Assembly (NCBI GenBank): GCA_047946875.1
Contig: CP181398.1
Coordinates: 15,154-79,153, forward strand
Origin: Candidatus Kerfeldbacteria bacterium
GTDB lineage: Bacteria > Patescibacteriota > Patescibacteriia > UBA10025 > JAHIVO01
Direction: 5' to 3'
Length of the DNA stretch: 64,000 nt
Numbering within the stretch: the stretch's first letter is position 1; every line of letters begins with the position of its first letter. This document shows, one piece after another, positions 9,125 to 21,600 of this stretch. The notes below the pieces were generated by a model. The model had not been told where the DNA came from. It made no database searches and saw nothing but the letters and a program-made list of their open reading frames with translations. Both the position numbers and the translations under genes were made by a program.

Positions 9125-10234
9125 TCAATACCAGGACCAAATACTATCCAGATAATAGAATAACGCTATTATAATTAATGGTATTGAAGCCCAGCCAACA
9201 ACTGAAGTTGTGATAAGATGCCATTTTTTTTGAGGAATTGGTAGTTCAGCTCCTTTTAGATCCGTTAGACTTCTATAGATTGCATAGTTAAAACAAAAAC
9301 CAAAAGGTATAGCCAAAATATAAAATAAGTTAGAAATTATTTGACTGATTAAATATTGATCCATTGCAAGTAGTCCAAAATTTAGAATCATAATTGGTAT
9401 GCCTATAGCGAGTGATAGCACAACATTACTTATTAATACTTGCCACCAATATCCACGAACAAATTCTTTACTTCTAAGTACAGCTTGCATACCACGCACA
9501 TTTTCTAGAACTAAAATATAGATTGCCAAACTAAACCAAATGGAAAATATTATTCCTGGGATACCCAAGAGCATGCCAGCTCCCATTGTTAGAAAACCTA
9601 CTATTATATTAACCCACCACATAGGTAATACTAGTTTAAACGCGTTGCCTAGTATTGTCCCTATAGAAACACCTTCATGATGTATAGTAAGTATTAAGGC
9701 TATTTGCATTAAAGTAAATACCAGAGCAATCAAAAATACAAACAAGAGCATACCAATAAATCCCATTGCATATAATATATAAGGAGATTGATAAAAAATA
9801 TCACCAATAAATTCGAGACCGCTAGAAAATAATGTAAACCCAAATATTGCAAATACAATTCCAAGTAGTACAGAACTGATTAGTCCAGTAATTATTAAGA
9901 TAACTAATAATTTGCCAATTTTTCTTTTGTATAAATCCCAAGAATAGCTAAATAAATCACCAATACCAGGGAATGATGCCGTGCCCGAAAAGGCGTTATT
10001 CTCTTTTTCTCTACCTTCTTGATCTCTTGTCTCTTTCTGAAATTTTTCTGCAGGACTAAATATTTTTTCTTTATCTTTGAGCGTATTATTTTGTTTATGG
10101 TAAGCACCAACTAATACTTTATTTATCTGTATATCACTCCAACCCTGAGCTTTTAGCTGGTTTTGTATTTCCATATCAGAAAGACCTTTAGCACGAGCTT
10201 GTTCAAGCCATTTATTTATATCATTATTAGCCAT
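9125..10234 (-). CDS. Multi-pass membrane protein with small N-terminal helical domain
   Basis: About 7 hydrophobic segments; 'LVLENVRGMQAVLRSKEFVRGYWW' resembles DUF975/GDPD-membrane-type domains. Confidence 0.8.
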   Translation of the reverse strand: MANNDINKWLEQARAKGLSDMEIQNQLKAQGWSDIQINKVLVGAYHKQNNTLKDKEKIFSPAEKFQKETRDQEGREKENNAFSGTASFPGIGDLFSYSWDLYKRKIGKLLVILIITGLISSVLLGIVFAIFGFTLFSSGLEFIGDIFYQSPYILYAMGFIGMLLFVFLIALVFTLMQIALILTIHHEGVSIGTILGNAFKLVLPMWWVNIIVGFLTMGAGMLLGIPGIIFSIWFSLAIYILVLENVRGMQAVLRSKEFVRGYWWQVLISNVVLSLAIGIPIMILNFGLLAMDQYLISQIISNLFYILAIPFGFCFNYAIYRSLTDLKGAELPIPQKKWHLITTSVVGWASIPLIIIALFYYLDSIWSWY

Positions 10235-10250
10235 AGTTTTTTATTTTTAA

Positions 10251-10388
10251 TTAGATACTTAACATTGAGATAACAAAAGCAACAGCTGTTACAATTCCAG
10301 CGAATATTGCAGTTCCTAAGGCTATTTTTGTTGAGGTGGCAACTTTTGTCTCTACTTCTGTGTTTACTTTAGTTTTATTGTCATTCAT
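10251..10388 (-). CDS. Small 45-aa protein with C-terminal hydrophobic helix (not in ORF track)
   Basis: ATG..TAA frame MNDNKTKVNTEVETKVATSTKIALGTAIFAGIVTAVAFVISMLSI fills the gap between htpX and the next gene. Confidence 0.65.
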   Translation of the reverse strand: MNDNKTKVNTEVETKVATSTKIALGTAIFAGIVTAVAFVISMLSI

Positions 10389-10414
10389 ATATTTATTATA
10401 TTAATATATTAATT

Positions 10415-11311
10415 TTAGCGCATTCCACGCAAAGCAGCAATCCTTTCTTCAATAGGTGGATGCGTTGAAAACATCTTTGCTATTCCTTTTTTAGCCTTAT
10501 TGCCAAAAGGATTGGATATATATAAATGAGCCGAAGCATTATTTGCTTTTCTCATAGGTTCAATATTTTGTTGGCTAATTTTTTCTAGTGCTTTTGCTAA
10601 ACCTTCTGGATATCTTGTCAAAAGGGCACCCGAGGCATCAGCTAAAAATTCTCTTTTTCTGGCAATAGTAAATTTAATAAGTTGTGCAATTAAAGGTGTA
10701 ATTATTAAAGTTATTAATATTATTACTAAATGTATTCTTCCAGACGAATTATTTCTAGAAGATACCCTTCCACCAAATAGATTCGAGCGAAAGGTCATGT
10801 TAGATAATAATACAATGAAACTAACCATAATAATTACCATTGTCATGAGACGGATATCATAATTTTTAATATGTGCTAATTCATGTGCTACTACACCTTC
10901 TAATTCTTCATTTTGAAGTTTTTCAATAGCTCCAGTTGTAATTGCTATAGAGGCATGTTCAGGATTTCTGCCAGTTGCAAATGCATTAATTGCTGGATCA
11001 TTAATAATATGAATTTTTGGTACAGGTAAACCAGCTGTAATACAGAGATTTTCTACTATATTATAAACATAGGAATTTTGATCTTTTGATATAGGTTTTG
11101 CACCAGCAGTCCATAATGCAATCACATCACCGCGGTAATAACCCCCAATTGACATAAAAACTGCTATGGCAGATATTATAAATAACCATAAGTATCCCAT
11201 TTTAGTGTATTGGGTTAATAACCATCCAATACCAATTATTACTAAAATAAAAACAAAAGTAAGAGCCATTGATTTTCTTTTGTTACTTGCTATTTGAGAA
11301 TATAAAGTCAT
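10415..11311 (-). CDS. htpX: Zn metalloprotease HtpX (M48)
   Basis: NAFATG, HELAH, REFLAD and STHPP motifs. Confidence 0.95.
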   Translation of the reverse strand: MTLYSQIASNKRKSMALTFVFILVIIGIGWLLTQYTKMGYLWLFIISAIAVFMSIGGYYRGDVIALWTAGAKPISKDQNSYVYNIVENLCITAGLPVPKIHIINDPAINAFATGRNPEHASIAITTGAIEKLQNEELEGVVAHELAHIKNYDIRLMTMVIIMVSFIVLLSNMTFRSNLFGGRVSSRNNSSGRIHLVIILITLIITPLIAQLIKFTIARKREFLADASGALLTRYPEGLAKALEKISQQNIEPMRKANNASAHLYISNPFGNKAKKGIAKMFSTHPPIEERIAALRGMR

Positions 11312-11378
11312 AGTTAATTAATTATAAAAGGCCAAGAATATTTGGCCTTTTAAATTTTTAATATTAATTGGATGCATC

Positions 11379-11936
11379 TTAAAACTGCACTTTGACAGGA
11401 TCTTTTGCAGCTTCTTCTTCAAGTTCAAAAAATTCATAAGCTTTGAAACCCATCATACTTACGAACATATTGTTCGGAAAAACTTGAATCTTTGTATTGA
11501 AGTCACGAACGTTGCCATTATAAAATCTTCTAGCTGCTTGAATTTTATTTTCTGTATCAGTTAATTCGTCTTGAAGTTTCATGAAATTTTGGTTTGCTTT
11601 TAAATCAGGATAATTTTCTGCTACTGCAAATAAACTTTTTAATGTACCTGATAACATATTTTCTGCTTTACCTTGTTCTTCTGTGCCTTGTGCGTTCATT
11701 GCATTAGCTCGTGCTTTAGTTACATTTTCAAAAAGTTCTCTTTCATGTTTTGCATAACCTTTTACTGTTTCCAATAAGTTTGGAATTAAATCATAACGAC
11801 GTTTCAATTGAACATCGATATCTGACCAAGCTTCGTCTGTTTGGTTTCTTAGTTTTATTAGACTGTTATAAACTCCAACTAGCCAGAATATAATTATTGC
11901 GGCTAAGGCGATTAGTATCCATACAAATGGTGACAT
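11379..11936 (-). CDS. lemA: LemA family protein
   Basis: [15 protein letters not shown] and [12 protein letters not shown] motifs. Confidence 0.96.
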   Translation of the reverse strand: MSPFVWILIALAAIIIFWLVGVYNSLIKLRNQTDEAWSDIDVQLKRRYDLIPNLLETVKGYAKHERELFENVTKARANAMNAQGTEEQGKAENMLSGTLKSLFAVAENYPDLKANQNFMKLQDELTDTENKIQAARRFYNGNVRDFNTKIQVFPNNMFVSMMGFKAYEFFELEEEAAKDPVKVQF

Positions 11937-11959
11937 ATATTTTTTATTAAATTATTAAA

Positions 11960-12472
11960 TTAAGGAGTGATTAATAAAGTAATAGTATCAGCAATTACTT
12001 CATTGTTTTGATTAATATTATTATTTGATTTAATTATTATCTCCTGACCAGTTGAGAGATTATTGTAGGTTATTAGAGACTTATTACTTTTTTCGGTTGT
12101 TGAGGGGGGGAGGGTGAGATCCCACATATTAATGATTGTATCATCATTTATTATAGCAGAGATTTTTTTTGATATAAATTTACCATCAAAGTCTTTTAAG
12201 GTAGCATCGATTGTAATGTTAGAATCCTTGATTTCTGATATCTTACCAGTCCAATTGTATATTTGTTGACCTAATATTTGAGGGTTTTCAGAATATGAAG
12301 GTACTTTTGAAATATCTACAATTGGTAGGGGTGTTTTATTGTCAGTAGACTGCTTTTTTCCAATGTTAAAACTAGCAATACCAATAACTATCAAAATTAA
12401 AGCAAATAGACTAAAATAGGCTATTTTTTTGTTTTTTGATTGAAAAGTATAAAATATATTATTTGTTGACAT
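11960..12472 (-). CDS. Membrane-anchored hypothetical protein (OB-fold/DUF5666-like)
   Basis: N-terminal TM helix; 'TGKISEI..ITI..LSTGQEI' pattern. Confidence 0.7.
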   Translation of the reverse strand: MSTNNIFYTFQSKNKKIAYFSLFALILIVIGIASFNIGKKQSTDNKTPLPIVDISKVPSYSENPQILGQQIYNWTGKISEIKDSNITIDATLKDFDGKFISKKISAIINDDTIINMWDLTLPPSTTEKSNKSLITYNNLSTGQEIIIKSNNNINQNNEVIADTITLLITP

Positions 12473-12493
12473 ATACCCTTAAAATATGTTACA

Positions 12494-12522
12494 ATTATAT
12501 CACTATTTTTGTATTTAGACAA
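12494..12522 (-). promoter_or_regulatory. Sigma70-type promoter for the ORF-lemA-htpX unit
   Basis: TTGTCT-17 bp-TATAAT with extended -10 TG. Confidence 0.55.
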
Positions 12523-12645
12523 ATTAATTATCATAGAATTGGGGTGTTCTGGAAATAGCAAATCTGTTAGAAATTGCTAAGGTTAGGTAAATATTGATTT
12601 AATTAAGTAAATTAATCATAAACTAACGTGTTTTTAATAAGAAAA

Positions 12646-15600
12646 ATGCTTAAAAGAAGTATGAAAGGGTCTATTGTTGGCCTTTTTTTAATTTTTTTAC
12701 TCTTAATTTCATTAATCATTACTGAAAATATTGCAAAAGCAGAGATTGATATTCCATCTGAGCAGCCACCAGGGAATAATACAGCAGGTTTTATCAATAT
12801 TAGTGATATTAATCAAGGTAAACAAGGTCCTTTAAGATTGGGAACGAATGATATAGCTTCGCCTTTTAATTATCAATTGGAGGTATTAGGTGGAGGAGCT
12901 GATGCATCTAATGCTACTATACAAAACGACTTACTTATCTCCGACACATTAACTGGAACTAAAAATACTTTAGAAGTGAATTCTACTGACAATAAAGTTT
13001 GTATAGGTGAATGTATGAATATTGAAAATTCTAAGTTGGAAGTAAATGATCAAGGAGTTGTTATTAATCATACATTTGATAACGTCACAGATTCGACTAA
13101 TGCATTACGTGTATATAGTGAAGAGGGAGAAGCAATTTTTGGAAGCGGTACGGAAGGTGGTATTTATAGTTTAAGTACAGGGGATAATAACTCTATTTTT
13201 GGACTCAATGCTGTTGGTACAGCAGTTGAAGGAAATAATGCTTTAGGTACATATAGTTCTATAGCAGGTTTTACTGACACAGGTATTGCAATATATGGAT
13301 TAAACTCAAATTTATTTGGTCTTTGGTCAGCATATTTTGATGGCAGAGTTGAAGTAAGCGGTGATATTAGTGGATCAAAATTTATCTCTACCAATGATCC
13401 AAATTCTCTTGTGCCATATACTTTTGGTCAAGTAGTAAATAGTTTTGACTTTGGCGATAGTGAAATTTTATATCATGATGGTACTTATATTTGGCTGGCT
13501 AGTAATGATCAAATATTAAAAATTAGAGCTAGTGATGGTTTACAGATTTTTGAAACTGTTAATGTAATTACCAATCCCACTTCTATGATATTGGATGGTG
13601 AATACTATTGGGTAGTATTTGATACGGGTGTAATAAAGTTGGATCCAGAAGATGGTAATATTTCATGTTCGATTGTGTTGGATGATCCAAGAAGTATTGC
13701 TTATACAGGAAATAGTTATTGGGTAACAGAGAATGGTACTGGGCAATTTATAAATATTGATAGTGACTGCATTCAGATAGGTAGTGCAGTAGATTTTATT
13801 AATTCTAGTAGTTATACATTAGGAAAGATTATTTTTAATGGAAATTATTTATGGGCTTTAGCCACAAATAATAGTACGCAGGATGGTTTATTAATAAATA
13901 TTAATCCATCCACTGGAGATGCAATTGGTTGGCCAGGATTTACAAATAGTAATCCAATAGATATTTATTACGATAATTATTACTATTGGGTTTTAAATAA
14001 TGATACTCAGGGCACATTAAATAGATTTTATTTGCAAGATAATAATAAAGTTTGTACTGATATTGCGCCAGATGGTAGCCCTTTTTCTTGTGATAGTGAT
14101 GATGATTGTCAAAATGCGACTTTAGGATATTGTAATTTTGCAGTCCCATCTAATTTTGGGTCATATTTACTATCCCAGGATTCTGAAAGAGTTGAGAATA
14201 ATCCAACAAATTTTATTTTTGATAAAAGGAATGTTTGGGTTAATAATAACTGGGTAAATAATGATAGTAGTGAGGGCTCAGAGATTATTAAATTTTCTAT
14301 GGTCGATCCTACTGAGTTCGCGGTAATTAGTTTAGATTCACAAACTAATAAAATCGCGTTTGATCAAACATATTTATGGGCATCTTCTACTCTAGATGAT
14401 TTATTAAAAATTTATTCAGGACAGGGTTATGGCAAAATTGATCTTACCGATACTCTAGCATTACAAAATAATAATAGCTTAAGTACACAGTCAGGAAGTT
14501 TTGATATTTCTGGATCAGTAAAGGTGGATACGAATGTTGACAGTGAAGGAAATTTGAATGCGATAAATAACGTTTGGGGTGAGATGCAGTCGGACGATTT
14601 CATATTATCATCCGAATGGATCGAGACAGGTGATTTAATTTCAAGCTCATCCTCAATATTATCAATAACTTATACTTCGGATGATTTTTTAGTAGTAGGT
14701 GATAAATATTTCGGCCACATTCACTGGTCAGATGACGATGGAGACACTTGGAATGATGCAGGTACATTTGGACAATGGATATGGGGTATTACGGAAGCAA
14801 ATGACGGCACACTTTATGCATCTAGTGGTGATGAAGATAATCTTATTGCCAAAGTATATAAATCAACTGATAACGGTGTGACTTGGGTAGAAACAACCAC
14901 ACCATTTCCTAGTGCTAGTAATCATGCTTATGATTCTATATCGGCCAATGTGGATGGTGTGTGGTATATGTTTTTTGGAGCTAATGATGGAAACGTTTAT
15001 CGAACTTCAGATGGAGGGGATAATTGGTATTCTTCTGCGGTACCTGGAGGTGGGAATGGGAATATCAGTACAATGTTAGCGAGTAGTGATGGTTATATTT
15101 ACGCAGCATCAAAATGGCATAATAATATTATAAGAACTATAGACGGTGGTGAAAATTGGGAGATAATGACAGCAGTGCCAGGTGTATTAGGAATTTATAG
15201 CATTATTGAAGGAAATGACGGAAGTATATTTGTAGGAACCGGAGAAGAAGGGTCGGGTATTTATGCTAATATTTTTAAGTCATCCAATGGAGCAGTAAGT
15301 TGGCAAAATGTACTAAATCTAACCAGTGATAATATTGGTGATGTTCAATCATTAATTAATGTAAATGGAATATTGTATGCTTCTGCTAGGGAGGATCCAA
15401 ATATTGTACATATTTATAGATCTATTGATAATGGTGTTGTCTGGTCTGAGTTAAGTGCTCCAGGAGTTTTTGATGAAATTTATGATATGACTTTTTCAGA
15501 TGATGGAACAGTATATTTGGGTGGTGCGGGGAATTTTCCTAAGCAAGTATATAAAAGTGGATCATTATCTGAGGGAGACCACAGTTGTCCGAATGGTCAT

Positions 15601-15666
15601 TTTATAAAAAATATTGAATTGAATAATTTAAATCAGGTTATAGCTATTGAGTGTAGTCCAATATAA
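12646..15666 (+). CDS. Secreted fibre-like adhesin A (beta-helix shaft, propeller, BNR/Asp-box propeller)
   Basis: Signal peptide ending AKA; PSEQPPGNN..QGKQGPL motif; G-rich shaft ending SAYFDG; DGxYxW blades; SxDxGxxW Asp boxes. Start uncertain (12628 GTG or 12646 ATG). Confidence 0.8.
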   Translation: MLKRSMKGSIVGLFLIFLLLISLIITENIAKAEIDIPSEQPPGNNTAGFINISDINQGKQGPLRLGTNDIASPFNYQLEVLGGGADASNATIQNDLLISDTLTGTKNTLEVNSTDNKVCIGECMNIENSKLEVNDQGVVINHTFDNVTDSTNALRVYSEEGEAIFGSGTEGGIYSLSTGDNNSIFGLNAVGTAVEGNNALGTYSSIAGFTDTGIAIYGLNSNLFGLWSAYFDGRVEVSGDISGSKFISTNDPNSLVPYTFGQVVNSFDFGDSEILYHDGTYIWLASNDQILKIRASDGLQIFETVNVITNPTSMILDGEYYWVVFDTGVIKLDPEDGNISCSIVLDDPRSIAYTGNSYWVTENGTGQFINIDSDCIQIGSAVDFINSSSYTLGKIIFNGNYLWALATNNSTQDGLLININPSTGDAIGWPGFTNSNPIDIYYDNYYYWVLNNDTQGTLNRFYLQDNNKVCTDIAPDGSPFSCDSDDDCQNATLGYCNFAVPSNFGSYLLSQDSERVENNPTNFIFDKRNVWVNNNWVNNDSSEGSEIIKFSMVDPTEFAVISLDSQTNKIAFDQTYLWASSTLDDLLKIYSGQGYGKIDLTDTLALQNNNSLSTQSGSFDISGSVKVDTNVDSEGNLNAINNVWGEMQSDDFILSSEWIETGDLISSSSSILSITYTSDDFLVVGDKYFGHIHWSDDDGDTWNDAGTFGQWIWGITEANDGTLYASSGDEDNLIAKVYKSTDNGVTWVETTTPFPSASNHAYDSISANVDGVWYMFFGANDGNVYRTSDGGDNWYSSAVPGGGNGNISTMLASSDGYIYAASKWHNNIIRTIDGGENWEIMTAVPGVLGIYSIIEGNDGSIFVGTGEEGSGIYANIFKSSNGAVSWQNVLNLTSDNIGDVQSLINVNGILYASAREDPNIVHIYRSIDNGVVWSELSAPGVFDEIYDMTFSDDGTVYLGGAGNFPKQVYKSGSLSEGDHSCPNGHFIKNIELNNLNQVIAIECSPI

Positions 15667-15671
15667 TATTT

Positions 15672-18600
15672 ATGGAGTTTCTTTTTTCAAAAATTAAAAA
15701 AATTAAAATTAAGTATATTTACTATACTTTTGTAATTGTTGTAATTGCTGTTATTGGTATAGAAAAAGTAAATGCTCAATGGGAAATCCCTACTAATTTA
15801 CCACCAGATAGTAATATTTTTGTACCACTAAATGTAGGGCCTTATAAGCAAGCTAAAGAAGGTGGACTATTACTTGATCCATTATTCAATCCTTATGGAG
15901 CTGAGCCAGATATTGATTACTCTCTGGAAGTGAGAGGTAGTCAAGATGCGTATATTAATAATTTTGAAATTATTCCAGGAGGTAAATTAATAGTTGATAC
16001 TGATACTTTGTATGTAGATGGAGAATTTGATCAAGTAGGCATAGGTACATCAACATTTGAATTATCATCAACATTAGAAGTGCATGGTGGGAGTGTAAAT
16101 ATTGGTCAAGAAGGAGTAGGAAACGGAGTAGCGGGAATTGGTTTAACAGTGAATTCAAATACTGAAAGAGAATTAATTATTGCAGATTCTAATAGTAATA
16201 CGGATCCAACAGTTTTTGGTCAAGGTATTATTGATAGTAACGGTAATGGAGTTTATGGATTGAATGTGGCAAATGGAGTGGGTATTTCTGCTATTAGTAA
16301 TGATGCTTCTGCTGTGGTCGGTACGGTTTCATCTGCGTATGATCCAACAGAGCCAATTGTTGTCGCAGGAATATATGGTAATGCAACTGGGCTTGGTGCA
16401 TGGGCGGGATATTTTCAACAAAGGTTATTTGGTACTGGAGAGATCGTAGCAAATAAATTCTTGCCAAATAGATTGCAAAGTTCTGAAGTACCATATACAA
16501 CTGGCTGGAAGAAGAGCGATATTACAGATAGTGAATTAATTGATGTCAATTATATGACATTTGATAGGCAGTATATTTGGGCTTTGGGAGGTTATTGGTC
16601 AAGTATTAATCCAGAACATGTACTTATAATTGATCCAGACAATATGGGGGTGGTTGATAAAATAATACTATCAAATAACGATCATTATTTAGTAGATATT
16701 ATAGATGGCGGTGGGTATATCTGGGTCGCTCACAATTATAACTATGGTAGTAATCATCAGGCAGCGGTTACTAGAATTGATCCAGCTGATGTGCATAATT
16801 TTCAAACAACATATATTTATCCTGATGCTGGTAGTTCTGGTAATAATGATTCAGAATCTGTAAAGTTATTATATGATGATGAAACACTAGATGGGCCTTA
16901 TATTTGGGTGTTGAATAAATTGAATTATGATCCAGTACATTCAATAACTCAATTGGATATGGATGGAAATGTTGTTGTTACCTTTTCTATTAGTGATTTA
17001 GCTAATGGTGGAAATAAATGCTCTAGATATAATAATTATCTATATAGTGACACTGATCATTGTGATGACCGATTAGATAATGATGATGACGGTATAATAG
17101 ATAATGGGTTGTGTGAATATAATGCTCTGACTACTCCCATAGTGACGGATTCGGCTACTTGTGGAATTGCTGGAGGCACTTGGGTAGAAGCTTGCACTGA
17201 TCGGATTTTTGATAATCAGATAGATTGTGAAGCCGGTTCTGCTGTCTGGGCTGAGACGTGTAGCAATAGTTCTTGTTCTGACTCTGATGAATGTACGTTG
17301 TGTGGCGGAGCTGGTGTTTGGGATTCTGTAGGAGAGGTTTGTCCTGCTGATTTGAATTGTAATACTCAAGTAACCTGCGAGGGTACAGTTACTTGTGATG
17401 GTATTTGGACGGCTGGAGATGATCAATGTTTGGCAGATACTCCATTAGGAGTTTGTGCACCAACGATTTCATTAACTACTTGGGGAGAATGTATTAATGC
17501 TGGTGAGACATGGACATGGAACACTGCCTCTGGACCAGCTAATATTGATGAAAGGATAGTAGATGCATATATAGGGGTACCAAGCGGATTAACACTGGAT
17601 GGTGATGGTAATGTCTGGGTAACATTCCGCGGATCACCTGATTGGGATTATAGAGATATATTTTCTGGTGAAGGTTATGCAAAATTTAATGCTTCAGATC
17701 CAGAGTTGGCAGTAGATCAGTATGTATATTGTTCAGGTCCAGAAACTAGTCCAAGTGGAATAGCTTACGATGAATTAAATGATCAAATGTGGATAACGTA
17801 TGATCCATCCACTATGCATGATAATAGAGGTTTATCTAAAGTGGATGTTAGTAATGGCCAAGTAACTGGATTTATATCTGATAATTTTGGAGCACAGATA
17901 AAATATTTTATGGGCTCGCCTAGTGGGCCATCAATATGGATAAATGGAGGAGGTTCTATTATAAAGATTGATCCAGATACTAACGTAGTTGAAAATACTC
18001 GATATATTTATGGACATGATTTTGATTTCGATGAACGTGATCCTGCTAATCCGCAAATTTTAAGGACTACGGGTGATAACGCTGTTATATTGAAACATAC
18101 TATGGAGGATCCATATACTACTTCTACTAATGTTATTCTGGGTGCAAGCTCTGAAAAACTATTATTTGATGGTACAAATATTTGGTCATCTAATTATGGC
18201 ACTAATACTTTGACTAAATATAGTGCTCAAGGGGCAGAAAAATTAGGAGTGTATGATGTGGGTGTAAGTACGGATCAAATGATATCTGATGGGCAAGCTA
18301 TTTGGGTGCCATTTGAGGAATATTGGACAACAAAATATAAACGAATTGATATATTAAATGGTAATGTTGATGAATATGAATTAGTCCCAGATCTTGGAAA
18401 TACACATCATACCCTTGATACCGTATTTGATGGTAAAAATATTTGGCAAAGTGTTTTTTCTGAAGATCGTGAATCGATGATAATTAAAGTAGATTTATCA
18501 AGTTGTGATTTAGCTACAAAACTATGTTCAGTAGGTTCAGTGTTTAATTATCCTGATACATTAGATGGGCCAGAAAAATTGATATTTGATGGAGAATTCA

Positions 18601-21600
18601 TTTGGGCTTTTAATCATCATGAGCCAAAAGTATATAAATTTTCTACAGATCCAATAACGATTGAGGCAGAAATAACAGTTTCTGATATTTTAAGTGCTCC
18701 ATATGTTGATCATCATTATAGTAGGATGAATGCGGTTGAATTTGATGGGACAGATATATGGGTTGGTGCTTATTATACAGATAGTGATGGAAATAGTATT
18801 TATAAATTCAATCCAGAAGGAATAAATAATGATGGCGATCATGGTATCTGCAGTAATGATAGCTCCATAAGTTGTAATTTAACATCAGATTGTGGTGGCA
18901 ATGCTTGTAATGTTGTAATAAATGGTAAATATTCTGTATTAAATATGCCAGGCGAATGTTCTGTCAGTGAGGATAGTTGTATTATGGATTCGGATTGTGG
19001 TGGTTCTGAGACTTGCGATGGTATGTGGACTGGAGTTACTTCCTTAACTTTCGATGGTATTAATATGTGGGCAACTCATGAAGGTTTTGGTGATCATGAT
19101 TCTACTGGAGATGAATGCAAAGATAAATTGGATAATGATGGTAATGGACAGTGTGATTATGATGGAGCAGTAGGCTATCCCGGATGTAGCGGTAAGCCCG
19201 ATCCAGGTTGTAGTGATCCTGATACAGATACTTTAGAAATAACAGGAAGAAATTCGCGATATGAAGGGTCGAATAAAGTATTAACGAGAATCGTTGTTGC
19301 AACTGGCGAAATTGTGGAGAGCGTATCTATTAATCCAATAAAATATAGTAGTACTTATGTATATGATGCTGCTTTTGACGGCCAAAATATTTGGTTGGGA
19401 GGATCTGGTTTTAATGGAAATACCTTGGTACAATTTTATTCTGGAAGTGGATTTAATGATACTGATTATATAAATAATTTAATACTTAGAAATAATATTC
19501 CATTGCTTTCTCAGTATCGACAGGCCGGTAGTTTTGCTATGGCAGGGTCAATGAATATTGGTAATAAATTAATAGTTAAGGGAGACTTAGTTGTCCAAAA
19601 TAATACTTGGGGAGGGGCAGCTGATAATGTGAAGGATTTTGGTGTGGGATGTGATGACGGAGAATTTATGAAGGGTATTGGATTTACAAATGCCGGCGTA
19701 TACACAAGTGAAGTTGATTCTGAAAAAGCTCATGATGTAGCACTTGATTCTACATATATGTATGCTGTTGGTTGGAATTATGATGCTGTGAAATCGTGGC
19801 GCATAGAAAAACGCCTGAAAGCAACTGGAGAATTGGATACTAATTTTGGTTATGACTGTTCATCGGGCTCCTGTAATTTCACGGGAGATGGTGTAATAAT
19901 AGGATACAGTTCAAGTGATATGGCTCAAGCAATTTCAATTGATTCTACATATATGTATGTGGTTGGTAGTAGAGCTTCCAGTAATTGGCGTATAGAAAAA
20001 CGCTTGCTTTCTACCGGAGAGCTTGATTCTGGTTTTGGAGCTGGTGGTGTAATTGAAGGAAATGTTGTTACTGATGATGCTAGGGGTATTTCAATTGATT
20101 CTACATATATGTATGTTGTTGGTGATACTGATGGTGGTGACTGGCGCATAGAAAAACGCCTGCTTTCTACTGGTGCTTTGGATACTAGTTTTGGTTATGA
20201 CTGCTCATCAGCCCCCTGCAATTTTACCGGTGACGGAATTATAACTGGAGATTCTGATAGTCTGTATGCAAGGGATATTGAGATTGATAGTGACTTTATG
20301 TATGTTGTTGGTTGGGATGATGATACGGATAATTATTTGCGTATAGAAAAACGCCTGCTTTCTACCGGAGAACTGGACGCCAGTTTTGGTTCCGGTGGGG
20401 TGATAAATGGGACAATTACCGAAAATCTTGGTTATAGTATTATTCTAGACTCTACATATATGTACATATCGGAATACTTTCCAGCAACTGGTTTGCGCAT
20501 AGAAAAACGCCTGCTTTCTACTGGTGCACTGTGTACGGAAGCTGAATGTGGTCAGGAATTTGGCATAGGCGGGGCAATTATTACATCTTCCTATCCTGGA
20601 CATGATATAGCGGTTGATTCTATGTACATGTATGTGTCAATGTCTTTAAATAATAACTGGCACATAGAAAAACGCCTGCTTTCTACTGGTGCTTTGGACA
20701 CTAGTTTTGGTTATGACTGCTCATCAGGTGTTTGTGCCTTTACTGGAGACGGGATAATATCTGGTTTTACTGAAAGTGATAGGGCTTATGGCATAAAGAT
20801 TGATTCTACATATATGTATGTAGTTGGCGACGATGATATAGGCTACGACTGGCGCATAGAAAAACGCCTGCTCACCACAGGCGCAGTGGCCGCTGAAATA
20901 GACGGTGCAGTGCCTACCGGCATATACACTAGCGATACTACATCCGCTCAGGCTTTTGATATAGCTGTTGATTCTACATATATGTATACAGTTGGTTATA
21001 ATGATGGTGATGACTGGCGCATAGAAAAACGCTTAATTTCTAATGGAATTCTTGATTCTGGATTTGGAACTAGTGGTGTGGTAACAGGGGCCGCTTCTTC
21101 TAGTTTTGCCTATGCTATTGAGATTGATTCTATATATATGTATGTATCAGGACATGATGGATCTAATAACTGGCGCATAGAAAAACGCCTACTTTCTACT
21201 GGAGAACTGGACGCCAGTTTTGGCTATGACTGCTCATCGGGTGTTTGTGCCTTTACTGGAAACGGGATAATATCTGGTTTTGCTGAAAGCAATAGAGCTT
21301 ATGGTATAGACATTGATTCTACGTATATGTATGTGGTTGGTGATACTGATGGAGACGACTGGCGCATAGAAAAACGCCTGCTTTCTACCGGAGAACTGGA
21401 CGCCAGTTTTGATACGGATGGAGTGGTAGCAGGAGATGCTGCTAGTTATCAAGCGTGGGATATTGAGATTGATACTAACTCTATGTATGTTATTGGTTGG
21501 GATGATGATGCAACAAATTATTTGCGCATAGAAAAACGCCTGCTTTCTACTGGTGCTTTGGACACAACCTTTGATACGGATGGAGTGGTAAATGGAACTA

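Noticed and set aside
20680-21330. Near-identical pair of segments as a DGR template/variable repeat (Avd-like gene at 38696)
   Set aside because: Mismatches run in both directions and include C/T changes rather than being adenine-specific; no reverse transcriptase in the window
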